Source: the human T2T-CHM13v2.0 reference genome, Homo sapiens. Taken from it: a stretch of DNA of 64,000 nucleotides. The stretch is from the NCBI GenBank assembly GCA_009914755.4, contig CP086569.2:60896001-60960000 (forward strand). The letters are read 5' to 3'. Shown here piece by piece: positions 57,007 through 64,000 of this stretch (its first letter is position 1; every line of letters begins with the position of its first letter). The notes below the pieces were generated by a model, which was not told where the DNA came from, did no database searches, and worked only from the letters and a program-made list of their open reading frames with translations. The position numbers and the translations under genes were made by a program.

Positions 57007-60000
57007 TCATTGACTGGAAAGGCTGGGTGTCGAAAGGAATTGACTCCAATGGAATGGAATCGAATGGAATGGAAGTGAATAGAATCGAACTAAATCGAAT
57101 GGAATGGAATTGATAGGAACGGAATGGAAAGGAATGCAATGATTTGGCATGGAATGGAATCGAATGGCATCGAATGGAATGGTATGGAATGCAATGGAAT
57201 GGAATGTATTAGAATGTAATGAACTTTAATGGAATGTACTCGAATGGATTCGACTGGAATGGAATGTTCTGGAAGTGAATGGACTCCAATGGAATGGATT
57301 CAAAAGGAATGGAATCGTACGGAATGGAATCTAATGGAATGGAATTAAATGGAAATGAATCAAATTGAATAGCACGGAATTGAATTGAATGGAATGGAAT
57401 GCAATGGAATCTAATGAAACGGAAAGGAAAGGAATGGAATGGAATGGAATGGGCTGGAATGGAAAGGAATCGAAACGAATGGAATGGAATCGAACTGAAG
57501 AGACTGGAATGGAATGCACTGGAATGGAAGGGAGTGTAATGGAAGGTTCTCGAAAAAAATGGAATCGAATGGAATGGAATTGAATGGAACGGAATAGAGT
57601 CGAATGGAATTGAATGGAATGGAATGGACTAGAGTGAAATGGAATCGAACCACAAGGAATGGACAGGAATAGAATGGTCTCGAATTGAATGGAATCGTAT
57701 GGAATGGCATCAAACGGAATGGAATGGACAGCCACGGAATGGAATGCACTCGAATGCAATGGAGTCGAAACTAATGGACTGGAATAGAATGGACTCGACT
57801 GGTACGGACTCCAATGGAATGGAATCGAATGGAAGGGAATCGAACGGAATGGACTCGAAGGGAAAAGACTGCAATGGAAAGGTCTCGAATGGAATGGAAA
57901 TTAATGGAATGGAATGGAATCGAATGAAATGGAGTCAAAAGGAATGGAATCGAATGGCAAGAAATCGAATGTAATGGAATCGCAAGGAATTGATGTGAAC
58001 GGAACGGAATGGAATGGAATCCAAAGGAATGGAATAGAATGGAATGGAATCGAATGGAAAGGACTCGAATGGAAATCACTCGAATAGAATGCAATTTAAT
58101 AAAATAGGATCAAATGTAATGGAATGGAATGGAAAGGAATCGAAACGAAAGGAATGGAGACAGATGGAATGGAATGGAACAGAGAGCAATGGTATAGAAT
58201 GGAATGGAATCATCTGGAATGGAATTGAATGGAATGGAATAATATGAAATGGAATGGAATGGAATGGAATGGAATGCCCTTGAATTAAATGGACTGGAAT
58301 GGAATGGACTCGAACAGAGTGGAATGGAAAGTGTTGAGATAGAATGGAATGGACTCCTTTGGAATAGTGTAGTATGCAATGCAATCGACTGGCAGGGAAT
58401 CAAAAGGAATGTAATGGAATGGATTGGACTGGAATGCAATGGACTCGAATAGATTGGAAACGGAATGCAAAGGAATGGAATGGAATAGTATGGAATGGAA
58501 TGGAAAGGAATGGAGTGGAATAGACTAGAGTGGAATGGAATGGACTGGAAAGCAATGGACTGGAATGGAACTTTCTTGAATGGACTGGAATCAAACGGAA
58601 TGGAATGCAATGCAATCAAATGGCATGGAATAAAATAGAATGAAAGAGAATCAAATGGAATTGAATCGAATGGAATCGAATGGATTGGAAAGGAATAGAA
58701 TGGAATGGAATGGAATTGACTCAAATGGAATGGACTAGAATGGAATGGATTCGAATGGAAGGCAAAGGAATGGAATCTATTGGAATGGACTGTAATGGAA
58801 TGGAATGGAAGGGATTGGAATGGACTCGAATCGAATGGACTGCAATAGAAAGGATTCGAATGGAATGAAAAAGAATTGAATGGAATAGAACAGAATGGAA
58901 TCAAATCGAATGAAATGGAATGGAATAGAAAGGAATGGAATGAAATGGAATGGAAAGGATTCGAATGGAATGCAATCGAATGGAATGGAATCGAACGGAA
59001 TGGAATAAAATGGAAGAAAACTGGCAAGAAATGGAATCGAAATGAATGGAGTGTTATGGAACGGACTCAAAAGGAATTGAATGTAATAGAATGGAGTGGA
59101 GTGGACTCGAATATAATGGACTGGAATGGAATGAAATCACATGGAATGGGAACGAATGGAATGGAATGGAAAGGAATGGAATCGAATGGAAAGGAATCGA
59201 ATGGAAGGGAATGAAATTGAATCAACAGGAATGGAAGGGAATAGAATAGACGGTAATGGAATGGACTCGAATAGAATGGACACGAATGCTCAAATTGAAT
59301 GGACTCGAATGGAATGGAAACGAAAGGAATGTCATCGAATGGAATTGAATCGATTGGAATGAAATCGCATAGAATGGAGTGGAATCAAATGGAATTGAAT
59401 TGAAAGGAAAGGAAGCGAATGGACTGAAATGAAATGGAATGGAATTGAATGGAAAGTAATGCAATGGAATAGAATGGAACGAAATTTCACGGAATGGAAT
59501 CAAACTGAATGGAATCAAATCAATGGAATCAAATCAAATGGAATGGAAAGGAATTGAATGGAGTAGATTGGATTGGATGGGATTGGAATGAAATGTACTG
59601 GAAAGGACTCGAATTTCATGAAACGGAATGGAATGAATTGGAACGGAATGGACTCGAATGGAATGGAATGTCATGGAATGGCATCAAATGGAATGGCATC
59701 AAATGGAATGGAATCGAATGCAATGGAATGCTATGGAATGGAATGGAATGCATTGGAATGGAATGTCCTCTAATGGAATGGATTCGAGTGGAATGGAATC
59801 GAATATAATGGAGTCGAATGAAATGGAATTGAAAGGAATGGGATCGAATACAATGGAATATACTGGAATGTAATGTAATGAACTCGAATGTAATTGACTG
59901 GAATGGAATGTACATGAATGGAATGTAATCGAATGGAAAGTAATCCAATGGAATAGAATCTAATGCAATAAAATCGACTCAGATAGAGTAGAATGTAATG

Positions 60001-60580
60001 GAATGGAGTACAGTGCAATGGAATGGAATGGAATGGAATGCAATGGAATGGAATGGAATGGAATGGAATGGAATGGAATGGAATGGAATGGAATGGGATG
60101 GAATGGTATGGAATGGATAGTAATGGACTGGAGTGAAATGGACTGGAAAGGAATGGACTCAAATTGAAAGGGCTCGAAAGGAATGGAGTCAAATGGAATG
60201 GTCTGGAATGGAATGAACACGAAAGTAATGCAATCCAATAGAATGGAATCGAATGGCATGGAATATAAAGAAATGGAATCGAAGAGAATGGAAACAAATG
60301 GAATGGAATTGAATGGAATGGAATTGAATGGAATGGGAACGAATGGAGTGAAATTGTATGCAGTACAAGGGAATAGAATGGAATGCAAGCGAAAGGAAAG
60401 GAATGGATTGGAATGGAATGGAATTCATTGGAATGGAAGGGAATGTAGTGTAATGGACAGGCCTGGAATAAAGTGGAATGCTACGGTCTCGAATGGAATA
60501 AAAATGTATGGAATGGAATGCAATGAAACGGAATCGAATGTCATAGAATGTAATGGAATGCAAAAAAATGGAATCCAAAA
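57007..60580. repeat. HOR unit 17 (3574 bp)
   Basis: Anchor at 57007 and 60581. Long pure (GGAAT)n tract at ~60031-60100. Confidence 0.85.
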
Positions 60581-63500
60581 TCATTGACTGGAAAGGCTGG
60601 GTGTCGAAAGGAATTGACTCCAATGGAATGGAATCGAATGGAATGGAAGTGAATAGAATCGAACTAAATCGAATGGAATGGAATTGATAGGAACGGAATG
60701 GAAAGGAATGCAATGATTTGGCATGGAATGGAATCGAATGGCATCGAATGGAATGGAATGGAATGCAATGGAATGGAATGTATTAGAATGTAATGAACTT
60801 TAATGGAATGTACTCGAATGGATTCGACTGGAATGGAATGTTCTGGAAGTGAATGGGCTCCAATGGAATGGATTCAAAAGGAATGGAATCGTACGGAATG
60901 GAATCTAATGGAATGGAATTAAATGGAAATGAATCAAATTGAATAGCACGGAATTGAATTGAATGGAATGGAATGCAATGGAATCTAATGAAACGGAAAG
61001 GAATGGAATGGAATGGAATGGAATGGAATGGGCTGGAATGGAAAGGAATCGAAACGAATGGAATGGAATCGAACTGAAGAGACTGGAATGGAATGCACTG
61101 GAATGGAAGGGAGTGTAATGGAAGGTTCTCGAAAGAAATGGAATCGAATGGAATTGAATTGAATGGAACGGAATAGAGTCGAATGGAATTGAATGGAATG
61201 GAGTGGACTAGAGTGAAATGGAATCGAACCACAAGGAATGGACAGGAATAGAATGGTCTCGAATTGAATGGAATCATATGGAATGGCATCAAACGGAATG
61301 GAATGGACAGCCACGGAATGGAATGCACTCGAATGCAATGGAGTCGAAACTAATGGACTGGAATAGAATGGACTCGACTGGTACGGACTCCAATGGAATG
61401 GAATCGAATGGAAGGGAATCGAACGTAATGGACTCGAAGGGAAAAGACTGCAATGGAAAGGTCTCGAATGGAATGGAAATTAATGGAATGGAATGGAATC
61501 GAATGAAATGGAGTCAAAAGGAATGGAATCGAATGGCAAGAAATCGAATGTAATGGAATCGCAAGGAATTGATGTGAACGGAACGGAATGGAATGGAATC
61601 CAAAGGAATGGAATAGAATGGAATGGAATCGAATGGAAAGGACTCGAATGGAAATCACTCGAATAGAATGCAATTTAATAAAATAGGATCAAATGTAATG
61701 GAATGGAATGGAAAGGAATCGAAACGAAAGGAATGGAGACAGATGGAATGGAATGGAACAGAGAGCAATGGTATAGAATGGAATGGAATCATCTGGAATG
61801 GAATTGAATGGAATGGAATAATATGAAATGGAATGGAATGGAATGGAATGGAATGCCCTTGATTTAAGTGGACTGGAATGGAATGGACTCGAACAGAGTG
61901 GAATGGAAAGTGTTGAGATAGAATGGAATGGACTCCTTTGGAATGGTGTAGTATGCAATGCAATCGACTGGCAGGGAATGAAAAGGAATGTAATGGAATG
62001 GATTGGACTGGAATGCAATGGACTCGAATAGATTGGAAACGGAATGCAAAGGAATGGAATGGAATAGTATAGAATGGAATGGAAAGGAATGGAGTGGAAT
62101 AGACTAGAGTGGAATGGAATGGACTGGAAAGCAATGGACTGGAATGGAACTATCTTGAATGGACTGGAATCAAACGGAATGGAATGCAATGCAATCAAAT
62201 GGCATGGAATAAAATAGAATGAAAGAGAATCAAATGGAATTGAATCGAATGGAATCGAATGGATTGGAAAGGAATAGAATGGAATGGAATGGAATTGACT
62301 CAAATGGAATGGGCTAGAATGGAATGGATTCGAATGGAAGGCAAAGGAATGGAATCTATTGGAATGGACTGTAATGGAATGGAATGGAAGGGATTGGAAT
62401 GGACTCGAATGGAATGGACTGCAATAGAAAGGATTCGAATGGAATGAAAAAGAATTGAATGGAATAGAACAGAATGGAATCAAATCGAATGAAATGGAAT
62501 GGAATAGAAAGGAATGGAATGAAATGGAATGGAAAGGATTCGAATGGAATGCAATCGAATGGAATGGAATCGAACGGAATGGAATAAAATGGAAGAAAAC
62601 TGGCAAGAAATGGAATCGAAATGAATGGAGTGTTATGGAACGGACTCAAAAGGAATTGAATGTAATAGAATGGAGTGGAGTGGACTCGAATATAATGGAC
62701 TGGAATGGAATGAAATCACATGGAATGGGAACGAATGGAATGGAATGGAAAGGAATGGAATCGAATGGAAAGGAATCGAATGGAAGGGAATGAAATTGAA
62801 TCAACAGGAATGGAAGGGAATAGAATAGACGGTAATGGAATGGACTCGAATAGAATGGACACGAATGCTCAAATTGAATGGACTCGAATGGAATGGAAAC
62901 GAAAGGAATGTCATCGAATGGAATTGAATCGATTGGAATGAAATCGCATAGAATGGAGTGGAATCAAATGGAATTGAATCGAAAGGAAAGGAAGCGAATG
63001 GACTGAAATGAAATGGAATGGAATTGAATGGAAAGTAATGCAATGGAATAGAATGGAACGAAATTTCACGGAATGGAATCAAACTGAATGGAATCAAATC
63101 AATGGAATCAAATCAAATGGAATGGAAAGGAATTGAATGGAGTAGATTGGATTGGATGGGATTGGAATGAAATGTACTGGAAAGGACTCGAATTTCATGA
63201 AACGGAATGGAATGAATTGGAACGGAATGGACTCGAATGGAATGGAATGTCATGGAATGGCATCAAATGGAATGGCATCAAATGGAATGGAATCGAATGC
63301 AATGGAATGCTATGGAATGGAATGGAATGCATTGGAATGGAATGTCCTCTAATGGAATGGATTCGAGTGGAATGGAATCGAATATAATGGAGTCGAATGA
63401 AATGGAATTGAAAGGAATGGGATCGAATACAATGGAATATACTGGAATGTAATGTAATGAACTCGAATGTAATTGACTGGAATGGAATGTACATGAATGG

Positions 63501-63630
63501 AATGTAATCGAATGGAAAGTAATCCAATGGAATAGAATCTAATGCAATAAAATCGACTCAGATAGAGTAGAATGTAATGGAATGGAGTGCAGTGCAATGG
63601 AATGGAATGGAATGGAATGCAATAGAATGG
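60581..63630. repeat. HOR unit 18, truncated at HOR offset ~3040
   Basis: Anchor at 60581. Collinear with the other units until ~63620. After that the sequence no longer follows offsets 3050-3564; it jumps to HOR offset ~1250. Confidence 0.8.
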
Positions 63631-63660
63631 AATTTAATGGAATGGAATGGAATGGAATGG
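63601..63660. other. Recombination or deletion junction inside the array, joining HOR offset ~3040 to HOR offset ~1250
   Basis: '...agtgcagtgcaatggaatggaatggaatggaatgcaat|agaatggaatttaatggaatggaatggaatggaatggaatgcccttgaattaaatggactgg'. The left flank is the offset ~3000-3040 region. The right flank is the offset ~1240-1290 region. Both flanks contain pure (GGAAT)n tracts. Confidence 0.75.
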
Positions 63661-64000
63661 AATGCCCTTGAATTAAATGGACTGGAATGGAATGGACTCG
63701 AACAGAGTGGAATGGAAAGTGTTGAGATAGAATGGAATGGACTCCTTTGGAATGGTCTAGTATGCAATGCAATCGACTGGCAGGGAATCAAAAGGAATGT
63801 AATCGAATGGATTGGACTGGAATGCAATGGACAGGAATAGATTGGAAACGGAATGCAAAGGAATGGAATGGAATAGTATGGAATGGAATGGAAAGGAATG
63901 GAGTGGAATAGACTAGAGTGGAATGGAATGGACTGAAAAGCAATGGACTGGAATGGAACTTTCTTGAATGGACTGGAATCAAACGGAATGGAATGCAATG
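63631..64000. repeat. Partial HOR unit that starts mid-unit (corresponds to HOR offsets ~1250-1620)
   Basis: 63651-64000 ('gaatgcccttgaattaaatggactggaatgg...ctttcttgaatggactggaatcaaacgg') matches 1258-1610 of unit 1. It does not match the expected offset 3050+ sequence. Confidence 0.8.

Larger units (their letters stand above)
1..64000. repeat. HSat3-type (GGAAT)n pentameric satellite array organised as ~3.56 kb higher-order repeats. Most consistent with human Yq12 DYZ1, though other HSat3 arrays on chr1/9/15/16 or acrocentric chromosomes are not excluded.
   Basis: The + strand is almost entirely GGAAT and one-mismatch derivatives (GGAAC, GGACT, CGAAT, GCAAT...). Strong purine and AT bias. 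Long stretches repeat with period 3543–3609 bp at the anchor 'tcattgactggaaaggctgggtgtcgaaaggaattgactcc'. There are no interruptions by unrelated sequence. The unit length (first unit 3564 bp) and a single HaeIII site match the DYZ1 description recalled from the literature. Confidence 0.9.

Noticed and set aside
1-64000. CRISPR-like or other prokaryotic tandem-repeat system (as the task framing hints)
   Set aside because: The repeats are 5-bp monomers in 3.56 kb HORs, not 24–48 bp direct repeats separated by unique spacers. There are no cas-like or other credible genes, no RBS/promoter architecture, and the composition is typical of primate satellite.
1-64000. Alpha-satellite or centromeric HOR
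   Set aside because: There is no 171-bp periodicity and no CENP-B box (TTCGttggAAaCGGGA-like). The fundamental motif is GGAAT, not alphoid.
1-64000. HSat2 rather than HSat3
   Set aside because: HSat2 is a more diverged CATTC derivative with ~23/26-bp substructure and frequent 'ATTCGATTCC'-type runs. Here perfect GGAAT pentamers dominate, and long pure (GGAAT)n tracts are present. That is the HSat3 pattern.
1-64000. Interspersed transposable elements (Alu, L1, SVA) or unique-sequence islands inside the array
   Set aside because: Scanning unit by unit, every segment can be matched to the corresponding offset of neighbouring units. There are no poly-A tails, target-site duplications, GC-rich Alu-like stretches or unique sequence. 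The only discontinuity is the intra-satellite junction at ~63.6 kb.
1-64000. Heat-shock-element (nGAAnnTTCn) arrays as regulatory sites
   Set aside because: GAA triplets recur every 5 bp, but as direct repeats on one strand, not the alternating inverted nGAAn/nTTCn arrangement of a canonical HSE. Calling specific HSEs from sequence alone would be over-interpretation.

Overview
The whole 64 kb window is one uninterrupted tandem array of pentameric (GGAAT)n/(ATTCC)n satellite DNA, i.e. human satellite III (HSat3) type, in a single orientation with the purine-rich GGAAT strand on +. The pentamers are organised into a higher-order repeat (HOR) of about 3.56 kb: 17 complete units plus one truncated and rearranged unit. 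Unit boundaries were anchored on the recurring motif 'tcattgactgg' at 1, 3565, 7128, 10691, 14250, 17804, 21368, 24927, 28487, 32055, 35609, 39154, 42721, 46300, 49909, 53464, 57007 and 60581. Unit lengths run from 3543 to 3609 bp. The first unit is exactly 3564 bp and carries a single GGCC (HaeIII) site and a single GAATTC (EcoRI) site. That is the textbook description of the Y-chromosome DYZ1 (Yq12 HSat3) 3.56 kb repeat. Calling it DYZ1 specifically is an inference from memory and cannot be verified here. I find no genuine protein-coding genes, RNA genes, CRISPR arrays, transposons or prokaryotic-type systems. Every ORF in the six-frame track comes from the 5-bp periodicity, giving frames such as MEWNG..., SNGIE... 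and the reverse-strand PFHSI... that stay open by chance; these are low-complexity, not biological. What is worth noting is the internal structure of the array. There are HOR haplotype blocks: units 1–4 differ from units 5–18. Diagnostic variants are shared in a mosaic among non-adjacent units (1≈4, 2≈3; 10/11/16; 13/14). Indels are quantised in multiples of 5 bp, especially 15 bp. Pure (GGAAT)n micro-tracts vary in length between units. A recombination junction near 63.6 kb joins HOR offset ~3040 directly to offset ~1250. I do not see support for an undescribed biological system; this is ordinary pericentromeric or heterochromatic satellite, though it has informative variant structure.
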